Shown: positions 15,380 to 29,669 of the stretch, piece by piece
Position numbering within the stretch: the first letter of the stretch is position 1
Layout of the letters: every line of letters starts with the position of its first letter
Source of the DNA: the human T2T-CHM13v2.0 reference genome, Homo sapiens
Assembly: GCF_009914755.1 (NCBI RefSeq)
Contig: NC_060929.1
DNA: 64,000 nt
Reading direction: 5' to 3' (one strand)
Made by a program: the position numbers and the translations under genes
Notes under the pieces: model-generated
What the model saw: only the letters and a program-made list of their open reading frames with translations
The model's database searches: none
Told to the model about the DNA's origin: nothing

Positions 15380-18215
15380 GAATGATCTTTCAAATCTGGA
15401 TATGATGGAGGGGTATATCTAACTCTGTCATACAAAACAACTCTAAAAGATGCATAGTATATAGAAAATGACTGTTTTAAGGCATTGAAGGCAATTAATG
15501 TAGGGAACTCAGGATGGAGTATGATTCTTGAGAGAAAGAAACCATAACAAAACAAATTTTATATGCACATATACTGAGGGTATTTAAAAATATGTAGTGC
15601 TGGTTGAAAGAGTCCAAGCAAAAATTGTGTAGCTTTTGGAGACAGGTTGGAGTTCAGAGCTGGCACAGGGGCTGAGAAATTGAGGACAAAAGCACAGAGA
15701 AGAAGAAACCTCAGGTAAGTGAGGAAAAAAACAAATGCAATTTTTCTTGTGGTAATTGTAGACACATCCACTACTTTGACACTTGTAGAGGCTCTGAGAA
15801 ACCAACAGAAAGTGCATCTGGAAGGCAAAGGCGCTAGGCAGAGATTTCAGCAGCCATGAGTTACTGGAGAGTCAGAAATTGGTAAACACTTGAGACCAGT
15901 GGAGAGTAAGTAAAGAAAGATCCGGATTCCAGGAATAAGAGCTACTTCCCGGAAGTAAGGAGAGCAATAAAATAAGCTAGTGCTAACAGAATCCAACTGA
16001 TTTAAGTAATCCACACTGTATATGTCTGCAAGAAATAACTTGCCCCTCTTTGAAAGATTGCACAATCATGAACCTCTGCAACTCCTTTATGTAATGTTCA
16101 ATCAGTAATTCAAAGTCATGATTAAAAATGAGCATTGGCTAAAACTAAGAAGGAAAAAATTTAAAAAATGACCCAGGCATGATTATGATATTAGAATTCT
16201 ACAAAAAGTTTTGAAATAAGTATGGTTAATATGTTTATGGTTAATATGTTTAAATAAAGAAAAGGGTGGGGAATTTCAACAGATACCAATAATCTTTATC
16301 TACTAAACCAAATAAAAATTTTAGAACAAAAATGTCAATGCTGAAGTGTGTACTTAATATATTTAATAGATGGGTTTAATTGCTGAACAAACAGCAGAAG
16401 AAAGGATTGGTGTACTAGAATATAGGTTAATATAAAATATCCAGGTTAAAGAAGACTGTAGAAGACTGTAGAATAATAATTATTATACAGCAAAGACAGT
16501 AATAGATGAATGTTATATAACTGAAAGACCTAGCTGACATACTTTGTAGAACTAATAGAAAAGAAGTGAGAAAATGAGGTCGAAGAAATACTTGAAAAAA
16601 TTCTGACCAAGAGTTTCTCAAAACTAATAAAAGATAGCTTAAAAAATCTTTACAACCATTAGTCAGATTTTTAAAAAGTAAATACCTAGGTGCATTGTAG
16701 GTTAAATTTTTGAAAACAAAATATAACAAAGAATATCTTAATAGAAGAAAGGTCCAATAAACTACAGTAAACTATTGTACAGTAAAGGAATTCTACAGTT
16801 GATTTTTCAATGAACAAAATGGTAAACAGCAAATTATATTAATAATTATTGAAATGGAGAAAATCCTTCAAACTAAAATTCTATTCTGATTGGAAATACC
16901 TTCTGCAAATAAAGGCAAAATTGTAAATTTATATAGAAAAGCTGAGAAAATTCATTGGCAGTTTTCTGTCACTAAAAATGGGAAAATAATATTTTAAGAA
17001 ATTTACAATTCCCTTTAGAAAACAATAATTCTAGAAGGAAACACAGAAATTCAAGGAGAAATAAATAGTACCAGGAAGGGTAAATTATTACTGTCTTAAA
17101 AAATAATGATTTGCTATTTAACACAACAGCAACAATGACAATTTCATATAGGACTGAATATATAAGATGACAAAAATAGAAAAAACAACAACAAAGGGTT
17201 AATGACATTAAACAGTTTTAAAGTCATTCTATTTTCAAGCAATGAAATTATAATTTAAGGTAGAGTGAAATAAATAATAATATCTACAGTATTTTTTAAA
17301 TAGAAAAAAGTATAAAAATGTAAAATTTTTAAAAAGTGAATGGAGGACAAAATGAATGAAATTAAATAATTCAAAGAATATGAGAGAGGGGAAAAAAGGA
17401 GAAGAAAAGATTAGCCAAATAGCAAATGATATACCTAAATGAAACTATATCAGTAATTAAGATACTTATCAGTGTAGTAAATCAACAAAAGCAAGAGAAA
17501 TTATAATGTCATTTTAAACTAAACAACAACAAAAATATTAGCTAAGTGGTCACAAGAAACATTTATAAATTAAGAATAAAAAATTAAGAACAATAAAGTT
17601 TGAAAGTACAATTATAGAAAACATTATACCACACAAACCATAACCAAAAAGAAATGAAGAAAAAAAAGAAACCTCTGGAATAGCTATAGGAGACAAATTA
17701 GACTTTAAGGTATGGAGTATTATTAGAACTATAGACATATATTTCACAATAAAACAATTTTAATCAAGAGAAAGATATCAAAGCCTTCGATCTGTGTGCA
17801 TCCAATAGCATGGTTTAAAACTGCATCTAAGAAAAATTAAACAGAGGAAAAAAGAGAAATGGAAACATCTAGTATCATCTTGGAAGACTTTAACATCTCT
17901 CTCAATAACAGACGAGCAAAAATTCTATAAGGATATAGAAAATTGGAATGGTACAAGGAATAAACTTGAATGAAATTTACATATGTAGAATACTAAACAT
18001 GCAGCTGCAGAATTTATCTTATTTCAAAGTGAGTAGGAACAGTTATCAAAATCAAATATATACTGGCATTTTAAAGAAATGCTCAAAACGTTTCAAAATA
18101 TATGCCTACAACTATAATAAAATGACCCAGATATCACTTTCAAAAGACACTAGAAAGACCTCAATTCTTTGATAATTAAAAAAAATCCTGCATATTTTGA
18201 TGGGTCAAGGGAGAA
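15380..18215 (+). mobile_element. Very old L1 (L1M/L1ME-like) remnant spanning 5' UTR, ORF1 and the ORF2 endonuclease region
   Basis: Strong A-rich strand bias; decayed motifs acagcagaagaaaggattggtg, ctaaaattcta, ggaagactttaacatctctctcaa. Confidence 0.6.
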
Positions 18216-18458
18216 GCTTTGTTTTCTTTTTCTTTTAATTTGTTTCAAACAAAATTTTAATGATGAAAATATTATATAAATTCATATTTGTACCCATAAC
18301 AATGAAAATAATAAAAACAACAGCTCCCCCCCCCAAAAAAATCAATGCCAATATCTTCAGCAATATTTTCTTTCTCATTAACTTTAGAAATTACCCAAAC
18401 CAGTTAAACAATTGTGATGTTTACTAACTTTATGGGAAATACTGCCATCTATTGAATT

Positions 18459-18663
18459 TTTAGAGCTTGATCCTCCAATATTACATGGCACTAAACCAAC
18501 TGCAGTCACAAGTGAGTTTACGTTCTTGGCAATTTACTATCATTTAAGTTCTGGAGAAAGTTATGTTAGATTAAGCTAACATAATGATAGCAAATTTCCA
18601 AAAACTGAAGCTCACTTGTGGCTGCAGTTGGTGCAATGTAATATTGGAGGATCAAGCCCTAAA
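18459..18663. repeat. Long imperfect inverted repeat (arms ~86 and 81 bp, 38-nt spacer)
   Basis: gcttgatcctccaatattacat...ccaactgcagtcacaagtgag pairs with ctcacttgtggctgcagttgg...atgtaatattggaggatcaagc. Confidence 0.93.
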
Positions 18664-20979
18664 GGTTGATTCATTGTGATTATTTGGCATGTGTTATGCT
18701 TCTTTCTGTTACTAGATGACTTACCTTACAAGAGCAATCCTCAATACAACAATATAATTCCTTCCATTTAGGATATAGAAGGTTTGTTTTGTAAACTTTC
18801 ATGTAAGGTATTGAATTTTATATGCATATGGTTTGTGCAGAATAAATAAATGTCAGTGACTTTTTAACCTATCCAAGAATAAGTTATGCAACAACCATAA
18901 CCCAGAATACAGTTTTTAAAAACTAGAATAGGAAATGGCAGAATAAAATAGATTACCTTTAATGAAAGAACACACACTAGGGAATTTTATATCTTTAGAT
19001 GGATGATTTTCTCTAGAAGGAGAAGTACACATCGTTTGTGTACTTTGAGTAGAATTTCAAGCCATAGATGGGCTGATTTGTTTTCTTTCACTATGAGTCC
19101 TTTTGTTTTGCTTTGTTTTGTTTGAGTGGCTCCTTTTCCAACACCATGTAGCCCAGAGGTAGGCATCAATTTGAATTAAATAGTAGCTACCCTTGTAGTT
19201 GGGCATGCATTATCCAGTCTCTATGCTCCTTTTTCACATTCCTGATACTGACAAGCAGCCTGTTTCCTCCAAGACATTTATCTGACTTGTATCCTAAGCT
19301 ACTGAGTTTGTAACTCTCTAGAGTAGAGACATTGTAAAGCAAATTACTAGCTCTAATTTACTACCTCTCTAACACTTACTCAAAGCCTATTTACTTCAAG
19401 ATAAAGGGATAACTAATTACCATGCAATATAACTAGCCTACTCACTTTCTCAAGCATGGTAGATTAAGCATGGAGGAAAAAACACTTTGAGAGAATATTT
19501 TTGCAAAATTTGTAGTTAGGGATGTTTATTCAAGTGTCAATTGTAAGAAGTATAACTGTCTCAGACAGGTGATGAGAGAAAGAAGTAGAAAGGGCAACTG
19601 TAAAAACCTCACATTAAGAGAAACAATTCAACTACTGGATCCATTTGATGACAGGATATGAACTTTATAGAATTTGAGCTGTGTATAGACTTGCGCATGT
19701 CATGGTATTTTGTGAATACAAGTCCTTATATTATTTCTTTTCTCCAAGCAGTTTACAATACTTCCCCACTAGGTACATAGCTGTTTAATAAGCTGCAATT
19801 TATGGATAAATTAAAGAGCACTTTACTACAAGCTACTTTTGTCATGGTGACACCAAACTGTTGCAAAAGCAGAATTGTTTTGTTCAAATGGAGTGCGAAA
19901 TAAAGTATCTTTTAAGAAACCCCAAGTGTAAACTTCTGATTGTGTAGTGCCTCCTTTTCAAAACTCTAAGAACACCTTGAAATGCAGCAGGATTTATATC
20001 TGTCAGTCATTCTGCCAGAATGTTACTGACTGAAGAAACATAGAATTCATTAGACACAATGAGTTAACTCAGAGAGTATACACTTATTCTGTTTTGTCAG
20101 GTAAAGTGATTATTTTCACTGTACACTGATGCTTCAACAATGACACTATTATTGATCAACATAATAAAATTAGGAACAAATATCTCTTTATTATATATCT
20201 ATATTCATCTATATGAATAATATTCCTTATATCCATCACAATTAAAATTTTCTGTACATCTGCAAAGTCAATCTTAATAAACCTGTAATTTTAATAATTA
20301 TTTTAGGAAGAAATGGAGAAAAAGAGAGAGTGGGAGATGCTATATTTACTACAAACTAGCATTTACTGAATCCTATGATTTACAACCTGAGTTTTCTGTC
20401 TATTAAGGCTACAATATGAATGTACATCTTTAAAATAGTGGTGGTAGAATCTATTTGAAAACAAGATAGGCAAGTTGGTATCCTAAATTATAATAAAGAG
20501 TATATTCTGTTGAGTCTGAATTATCGCTTATTATCTTTATCTTCAACTTCAATTGTACCAATCTATGAAATAATAACATTTACCTCATGTATATGCACAT
20601 TGTTGAACTAAGTGATAACATTGATACAAAAGTTCATCCTAATCTGCAAAATGGTTTAAAATTTAATTATATTTTATGGCTCAATAAAATATGGACTTAC
20701 CTATGATATATACTTTCTTCATAGAGCAAACGCCACATGAATGCACCAGGTAACATTATCTTATCTCTGGCATCAACATTTTAAAATGATTTTTATTTAA
20801 CTATGACTATGATTTGCATGTATTTAATAATAATCTTTTAATAATGATGGTTTGACAGAGTATTTAAATTCAACTAATTTACTCACTAAGAATCATTTAT
20901 CAAATGCTGGGCCCTCACTGGGCTGAACACCTAAGTTCGCAAAACAATTAAGCGTCTTCCTAGAGGATCTCATAAGTGG

Positions 20980-21160
20980 AAGGGGATCTATGTACCTGCA
21001 GAAATTAGTATAACATGAACAAGCACGCAAAAGTGCTGTGCAAGGGGATCTATGTACCTGCAGAAATTAGTATAACATGAACAAGCATGCAAAAGTGCTG
21101 TGCAAGAGGGAAAATTAGTATAACACGAACAAGCATGCAAAAGTGCTGTGCAAGAGGGAA
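20980..21160 (+). repeat. Nested tandem duplications (62-bp and 48-bp periods)
   Basis: aaggggatctatgtacc at 20980 and 21042; aaattagtataaca at 21002, 21064 and 21112. Confidence 0.93.
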
Positions 21161-21767
21161 AAAAGAGTGAGTAATTCTGCAACAGGAATTAATTGCAAAA
21201 CTGTTCTAATTCTGCAACAGGAACTTCAGAGAAACTTGTAGCAGGGATTTTAACAAAGGGCCGTGAATAAGGAAAAATTTTAGTTGAAGTAAGGACGTAC
21301 AAAGTGTTATTATATTTTAGGAGGAGGCAGTATTCCACAGTGTCTAGGCCTGAGGTGTACTGCAAATGCTATTAAGAGACAAGAGATAAAGCTGAGAAAG
21401 GCATTTCGCGCTGATTTGAGAAGAGCCTGTATGACGTACCAAAGGATCTAATTTATGACAGTTTTTAGACATCATTTGTAAGAGGAACATAAGAGACAAC
21501 TCCTCTGTAGGATATTTGTGATTATTAGTGACTGTCGTATAAAATGTTATCTATAGTATCTTCCATTTTTAAAAACTCAAATATATTATAATTATATCCT
21601 TTACATTCAGAACATGTCATAAACACCATCTCCCTCCAAACCCACAGGATTCATATTTCTCCTCTCCCCCCAAAATTGCCTACTGAATTATGCTTTCTGT
21701 TTTCAAGTCTTATATTTTACTCTGAGACCTCATCTTATCATATTAACTTCAACTTGCTTTTGGATGA

Positions 21768-21770
<3 letters not shown>

Positions 21771-21812
<42 letters not shown>
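21771..21812 (+). repeat. (GT)21 microsatellite
   Basis: Counted directly. Confidence 0.97.
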
Positions 21813-21814
<2 letters not shown>

Positions 21815-22260
21815 ATACATGCATGCATTTGTATACAGCATTTATTCATAACATGAAGAATTTTTTTAAAAAATTCAGTCACAGAATGTATGGAATAATG
21901 TTGCATGAAAAGAATGTTCACATCAAAATACCTTTTCAACATCTCCATGAATACTTTAAGAATATACAGATACTTCGCCAAAGGCAAGATGCCATTTTTT
22001 AGTACCACCACATCATTTTTAATATTTAACTTGATGCCAAATGAAACTCCAACTCCGAACACATTCCCAATTATTTCCTAGGTTCAGAAGACAATAGCTG
22101 GAGTGATTTCATGAGTCTTACATGAAGAAGGGTGATCATATAGTACAAAAACAGAACAATTCCACTTAAGAAAACAGTAACATAACACTGTTCAAGTATT
22201 TCATTTTACTTTACATAAAGAGATAATGATAAATTCAAATCATGGAAAACAAATACGTAC

Positions 22261-22428
22261 TTTGAGGAAAGCGTGGTGGGTTGTCATTGACATCGGTTAA
22301 GGTGATGTTGACTGTTGTAGATCCTGAAAGCCCTCCAACTTGCCCAGCCATGTCTTTGGCTTGAATGACTACGGAGTAATGTTCTCTGGCTTCTCTGTCC
22401 ATGTTATGTAAGGCCGTTCTAATAACTC
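22261..22428 (-). CDS. CDH18: Cadherin-18 internal coding exon (168 nt, phase 1-1), end of EC2; absent from the ORF track
   Basis: Minus-strand translation (G)[55 protein letters not shown](K) with the DRE and DVNDNPP calcium-binding motifs. Acceptor tattacag ends at 22429; donor CAAA|gtacgt begins at 22260. Confidence 0.95.
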
Positions 22429-22685
22429 CTGTAATAGATATATTTTAATAAACAGTATGAGCTATATAATAAGCAAGTATCAACAAACATACACATACAT
22501 ATTTTAAGAAATGTCTTTTAAAATAGCATATTTTTGGGATAAAGTCACACGTCTGAGAAAAACAATATCTTACCAATGCATGAATACTGTCTCTTTGAAA
22601 AATTTACTTATCCCATGCCCCAAACATCCTATTAAGTAAATTAAGATGTCTATCTCTCTGCATTCCTTAAAGTAGATGGTCCCTC

Positions 22686-22990
22686 GGCCGGATGCGGTGG
22701 CTCACGCCTGTAATCCCAGCACTTTGGGAGGCCAAGGCGGGTGGATCACAAGGTCAGGAGTTTGAGACCAGCTTGACCAGTATGGTGAAACCCCGTCTCT
22801 ACTAAAAATTAAAAAAAAAAAAATTGGCTGGGCGTGGTGGCGCATGCCTGTAATCCCAGCTACTCATGAGGCTAGGCAGGAGAATCGCTTGAACCCAGAA
22901 GACGGAGGTTGCAGTGAGCGGAGATCACGCCACTGCACTCCAGCCTGGGCGACAGAGTGAGACTCCAACTAAAAAAATAATAATAATAAT
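22686..22990 (+). mobile_element. Alu (AluSg-like) with a 16-bp target-site duplication
   Basis: TSD aagtagatggtccctc (22670-22685) / aagtacatggtccctc (22991-23006). Confidence 0.96.
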
Positions 22991-24692
22991 AAGTACATGG
23001 TCCCTCAAGGGTAGTCCTGCCACCCTATTCCTAGTGCTAGTGTGCTGAACATTTTACAATTTGAGCTCCTCAGAAGTTTCAACTAAGGTGGTCATATTGA
23101 TTTAAGCAGAGGCTAATTTTCATCTTTATAGAACAATTTACATAGCTTCCTGGCAGAGTTATCAATGTTTAATGATGGAAAACATTTGAGGAGTTTGGAC
23201 ACTTAAACAGAGATTATAGGCAGGAGGCATATTAACACGTATCAAAGACTAAGAAACTCACTATTTTTGTTAGAAAACAACTTTAAGGAGAACTAGATCT
23301 AAGTATTTAGGCAAAATAAAGAAACTGATAAGGTTTATTCTATAAATCATCTGTAAAAAATCACATTTTTTATCTTAGTAGTGCAAAGAGGGACGTTTAA
23401 CATTTTTGCATGATGAACCCTTGGATTGAATAAAGAAATGAAAAATATTAAATACCCATCTGTGATTACGCATACATAAACACCCACCTCTACATACATA
23501 AATTTAATAGCTCTGTTAATAGAGTCTTACGTTTTAAAGTTAAAAACGCATATTCTGGAGGATAAAGTTTACTCAGGGTATATTAACTATGCCATAACAT
23601 AGAATATTGTCCTCATGTCCATGAGATAGATTATAAACATGTGTATAAATATCTGTATATCTATGTGTATATATGTATTTATATGTCCATCTATATATGC
23701 ATATAATTATAAAATATAAACATATTTGATCCTTCAAACATGAGTCATTTTTTCATAAATGTATTTTCATTAAAAATATTTGAAGCATGTCATCTTTAAT
23801 AAATACAACAATGACTTTCAATCAAACTCGCACTTGATTAGTTACAGTACAATTCTTAAGAAGTTGTCAATTATAACTGTTACCTATAGGCTTTACCAAA
23901 TACTTTTACAGACAATATCTTAATTTATGAGAAGGAGTTATATATTTATGTTAAAAATAGCCTTTAAAAGCAGAAAGGAGTATTCAATGACTTGTTTTGT
24001 CATATTTTGAATATAAAAAAGTAAATCACTATTTTCTTTTTTTTCTGAATTGATTGGCTAAGTAATAATGACTTTGAGAGGAGAGCCTCAGGTATCAGAA
24101 AAGAAGATCCCATAACTTTCACATATTGTGAACATATAATTGAGGGAATTCAGAAAAATTTTCCTGAAGCTAAATAGAAATGAAAATTATTCTTATCAAA
24201 ATAAATTATAATAATATTATAATAAATGATTCATCTAACTCATGCATATGAAAAAGCCTCAAGCACCCTTATTAAAAAAACAATGTTTTATCTTACGATA
24301 ATTACATTAGTAGGAATTGAATTGATACAGAAATGAACAAGCAAAGAACTTATGAAAGAAATTTATATTTTCTACCACTTGAAAAAAGTAAAGCTGTCTT
24401 TCCTAAGGAGAATTAATTATAAATAGGACTTGTCTTTGGTGGGGAGAAATATGAGATTATTATCAAAGATAAAGGTTTACAATAAAATCATTAGTGAGTT
24501 TTGCAAAATAGATATGTAAAGGTAAAACTAAGTATTATGAAGTGAATGACACATATCTACAACCACTTCCAGGATGAAATGGGAAGAAATTTGCCAGCCA
24601 AATTTGCTCATGGATAGAAAAGACCATATCCAAAACGGACACATACTTCTCTGAAAGGATTGTCTCGGGATTAATTTAAAATCACAACTCTT

Positions 24693-24990
24693 GGCTGGGC
24701 GCGGCGGCTCAGGCCTATAATCCCAGCACTTTGAGAGGCCTAGGCAGGCAGATCACGAGGTCAGAAGATTCAGACCATCCTGGCTAACATGGTGAAACCC
24801 CGTCTCTACTAAAAATACAAAAAATTAGCTGGGCGTGGTGGCACGAGCCTGTAGTCCCAGCTACTCAGGAGGCTGAGACAAGAGAATTGCTTGAACTTAG
24901 GAGGTGGAGGTTGCAGTGAGCCAAGATTGCGCCACTACACTCCAGCCTGGTGACAGAGGAGACTCCATCTCAAAAAAGAAAAAAAAAAAA
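24693..24990 (+). mobile_element. Alu (AluSc/Y-like)
   Basis: gatcacgaggtca...gaccatcctggctaacatgg; degenerate TSD aaaatcacaactct / aaaatcataacgct. Confidence 0.95.
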
Positions 24991-25194
24991 ATCATAACGC
25001 TCTCTTCAGGATGGCCCAGCTGCATGTGCTTAGCTATGACCCCTCCTGGAGACATATAGATAATCAGAAAGTGTTACAGCCAAATTGCCATAGCAACATG
25101 ATTTCAGTAAAAGATGATCACTTTCTAACCTGGAACCCAGACGCATTTTCTGGGATCACTTAAAGTACAACTGATACACAGTAACTTCTTATTT

Positions 25195-25900
25195 CTCCTT
25201 TTAAATAGACTATATTTAGAGCAATTTTAGGTCCTTTCACAGTAAAATTGAGCAGAAAGTACAAAGAATTCCCATATACCCTTTACTTCCTCCATGAGCA
25301 CAGCCTCCCCACTAACAGTATTCCATACCAGAATGGTACATTTGATACTATTGATGAGCCTACATTGACACATCATTACTCTCCAAAGTCCAGATTTTAC
25401 AACAGGGTTCACACTTGGTGTTGTATATGGTATGGGTTTTGACAACTATGGCAACATTAAACTACTTCATAGTATCAAAAAGAATAGTTTCACTGCTCTA
25501 AAAATTGTCTCTTCTCTATCCCTCCCCTCCCTCAACCCCTGGCAACCACGAATCTTTTTACTGTCTCCATAGTTTTGCCTATTTCAAATGTTATGCAATT
25601 GGAATCATACAGTTAGCCTTTCAGATTGATTTCTTTTACTTAGTCATATGCATTTAAGATTTCTTCATGTCTTTTCACAGTGTGGTAGCTCATTTCCTTT
25701 TAACTCTGACTAATATTCCATTATCTGCATGGACCACAATTTATTTATTTACTCACTTACTGAAGGGCATCTACTTGCTTCCAAGTTTCAGTGATTAGAA
25801 AGAAAACTGCATAAACATCTACATATGGGTTTTTGCATAAACACAAATTTTCAACTCATTTGGGTAAACACAAATAAGTGTGGTTTCTGGATTGTATAAT
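25195..25900 (-). mobile_element. L1MC-like 3' end
   Basis: tttagagcaattttagg...cacagtaaaattgagcagaaagtaca...gatgagcctacattgacacatcatt...agggttcacacttggtgttgta. Confidence 0.8.
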
Positions 25901-26522
25901 GAATTTATCTGAAATTGTGAACAGTGTTGAAATAAGTTAGGGGAAAATGGCAAACATTTATATCTTACCAATATTGTGATAAAAAATTTTTAAATTAAAT
26001 TCAAGAGTAATTCACAGCCTACGTTCCATTCTCACAATGCTTAGCATAATAGCTGTCTTTTTTTTAACCGAATAAAATATATATTATGAGTAAACACACG
26101 CCTACATCCTCACCACACAGATACATACATTGATTCCCCCCCACCCAAATTTTATGCACGAAGCTACATTTGAACATAGTGAAAACATCAAGCAGAATGA
26201 TCGTTTTAATTAAAAAAATTGGTTAAATGTGAAGCTATACAGGCAAAATGATCATATGCAATGATTTTCTCAGGAAATTTTCAGATTACCTTGTCCTAGC
26301 TTAACTATTGCAATGCTCCTTTTCATTTTAAACAGTGTGGCAGTTTGGATGATCAATTATTTTGTCATTCTAACTTTTAGAATATTGCTATTGGTTTTCA
26401 AACTTGTGTTTACAATTATCCTGAAGTTTCCTCAATGATCAAATTGCTCATATTTCAGTCCCCAGAAATTTTGATTTAGTAATCTGAAGTGGGACTGGCT
26501 TACACACATCTCCAACAGACTA

Positions 26523-26905
26523 TTGCGTTAATCTCTTCAGGCTGCCAGAACAAAATACCATAGGCTGGGTGGTTTTAAAAACAGAGATTTATTTCTCACA
26601 CTTCCAGAAGCTAGAAAGTCCAAGATCGAGGTACCAGATGATTTTATTCCTGGTGAGGTGTCTCTTCCTGGTTTGCAGATGGCCACCGTCTTACCATGTC
26701 CTCACATGGGCTTTCTTCTTTGCAAGCACTGAGAGGAGGATGGGGAATCTCCTTTTTTAAATTTTTTTGAGCCACTATTTTCATCATGAAATGACCTAAT
26801 CTAAGCCTAACTACATTCCAAAGGCCTCATCTCCAAATACCATCATATTTGGGGTTAGGAATTCAACTTATGAACTCTAGGGAGGTCGGACACAAATATT
26901 CAGTT
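26523..26905 (-). mobile_element. MaLR LTR (MLT1A-like), apparently inserted in a MER5-like remnant
   Basis: ggctgccagaacaaaataccataggctgggtgg...aagtccaagatcgagg...ggggttaggaattcaacttatgaa. Confidence 0.8.
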
Positions 26906-27971
26906 TGATTTGTGTGCAAGTGGTTCAAGACCATATGTTGCTGAATAGGCAACAATTAAAAAGGCAAAGTCCTGCCATTATGTTTCCATGCATTTCTTCA
27001 CATTTTATCTTCATCATGTCATGCCAACAAATGTATGTGTATAGGGATCAAATAGGCACATAATATACAAAATGATGTGCATTTTTCTCAATTGTAAAAG
27101 GTAAGCCAATGGATAAAGATAGAATAAACTATATAGACATAGTCCAAGTAAGAAAGTATGTTTTATTTGTTTGGTTGGCCATTTCTGTCATGTATCCATG
27201 TATCCAGTATTTGCAAAATAATTTACCCTTGTCTTTGATAAAATCTTACTAAGGGAACACTGTGTAGCCTTTTCATTTAGTACATTTTTAAAGCCAAAAA
27301 TACAGAGCAGCAAAATTAATTTCCATAAATTACTGCATTGTGCATTTGTTTAAAAATAAAATGCTTCTCTTTTCAATACATCCTAGGTAAATGGTTACGG
27401 CATATTCTAAATGTTTGTTGGAAAGGCTTCACTGGCAATGTTTACTTCAAAAATTTTAACTTGAATTGTTGCCTCTTATTCTCTTGTGATGCTGGGTTGA
27501 ATCAACAAGATGTGATTACCTGTGTATCATTTTGTTTTGTTTCTTATTACTTCCCTGGTAAACAATTGTAGGTGCCCGATTGCCTGCAAATTACCTCTGA
27601 CTACTGTTTTCCAATCACCTTGATATGTAGGGGCTTGTAATTGGGAATTACTCTCTGCTGTACACAAGTTCATAACATTGAAAATGCATCTGTGATTATA
27701 AACATTACTTGTTGAGCTTGAGTCACTAGCCTACCATATGTTTATGCCTCCTGACTAATAATATTCATATAGCAGTAGATCCTCCAAAATGTTTTCTTGC
27801 ATTTTTACCCACTAAAAAGAATCCAAGATGAAAATGTTGTACACATTTTGTTTATTAGATAATACCACAGAAGACTGCAAAATAAAAATGCCTAACGGGC
27901 TAGAACAAATAAACAAGCCTGCACATTTAAATTCTTACAAAAACCTCCAAGGTAGACACACATATTTATAA

Positions 27972-28330
<359 letters not shown>

Positions 28331-28414
28331 TACTTTTGGTTCTTTTTCTTAATTTGTTCAGTTTTTCATTTATTCATTTAACATCTATTATTTTACAGAA
28401 AATGGGTAGGACTC

Positions 28415-28595
28415 CCAGTGTTTCTCCAATGGGACATGTGGACCACTTAATAACTAAATCATGTAAAGTGCTCATTATCGTGCAAATCTACTCACATCTT
28501 CGACCTACTGAATTAGAATCCAGGGCAGTGGGTCCCAGGCATAAGTTTTGTGACAAGTTGCCCCAGAGATTCTTGTGAATGTACAAATTTGAAAT
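28415..28595. mobile_element. MER5-like hAT-Charlie remnant
   Basis: cagtgtttctcc...gacctactgaattagaatc...ggtcccagg...gattctt...aaatttgaaa. Confidence 0.55.
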
Positions 28596-29669
28596 ATCTA
28601 TCTATTTACCCACATATGGTACCTGGCCTTAAGGTTCTCATATTTCATTGGAGGATCTGCTTATGCAAATTAATATGAGTACTAAGAGATTTCGATATAT
28701 GTAAAAGTTTCATTAACCATTTTCTAAATGAAGGCACTAAACATCTTGGCAGCAGTAAGTCTTCTCTTCAACTGCCTGATTATGGTGATTTAGGTACCTA
28801 TAAAATTCTTTATGTTATCTACACAATTTATATTTAAGTATTTTAATATTTAGTATATTATATGCTATATATATTACACATTCTGAATTTTCCCAAACGA
28901 TTTTATGAAGATAATGCATCTTCCATAAATTCTTGTCTGTATAGAAAACAAAAATAATCAGACATTTAACGGATGCATATCCATCAGCAGCATAATCCAG
29001 AAATCTGTTTTCTTCATTCATCATTGGCAATTCGAAGTGTGCTGAATGTGTTTCTACTCTGTATAAAATGTGGGATATAAACACATATAAGATACAACTT
29101 ACGAAGTTGAAATGCTATGATTAGAATGTTCAATGATATGGAAACAGATATGCAAATCTGTACAGTAATACAGAAAACATTTTAATAAACACAAAACACA
29201 GACTTCAGAGACCATAGTGATCACAATGGAAGCATATGAATGAAGAGTACCTGTGGGGGAAGGCCATGTTTGTAGGCTGTGAATTGCATGGAGAAAGCAG
29301 GGTATTCATGGAAAGGGCACTTGACATGAACCCAGGCTTGGGGTCTGGAATATGCATGGCAATATTGGACAGTGCACAAATTTAGCTTCAGTGGAAAGTG
29401 TTAGTGAGACAATGGCAGAGATTAGGTACTCAGTGATTAAAATACACCTTACATTTAAAGGTTAATTTTAATTTTTACAAACATTCAATATTTTGTTTCT
29501 CAAGTGGCTGAAAGTTTAAATAATTCTACTGCTGCCCTTGTGGAAAGTCAAGATTGACCCAACTTCCCTATTTGTCAGTCACTGTTACGGCTGCGGTTTA
29601 GCCAGGGTATGGTTGTCTCTATCTCTACTGGTAAATTTAGCACATTTGTGACTCCAAGCTTCCAGTGGG

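Noticed and set aside
20980-21160. Repeat array superficially like CRISPR
   Set aside because: Units are contiguous duplications without unique spacers; the context is eukaryotic with no cas genes.
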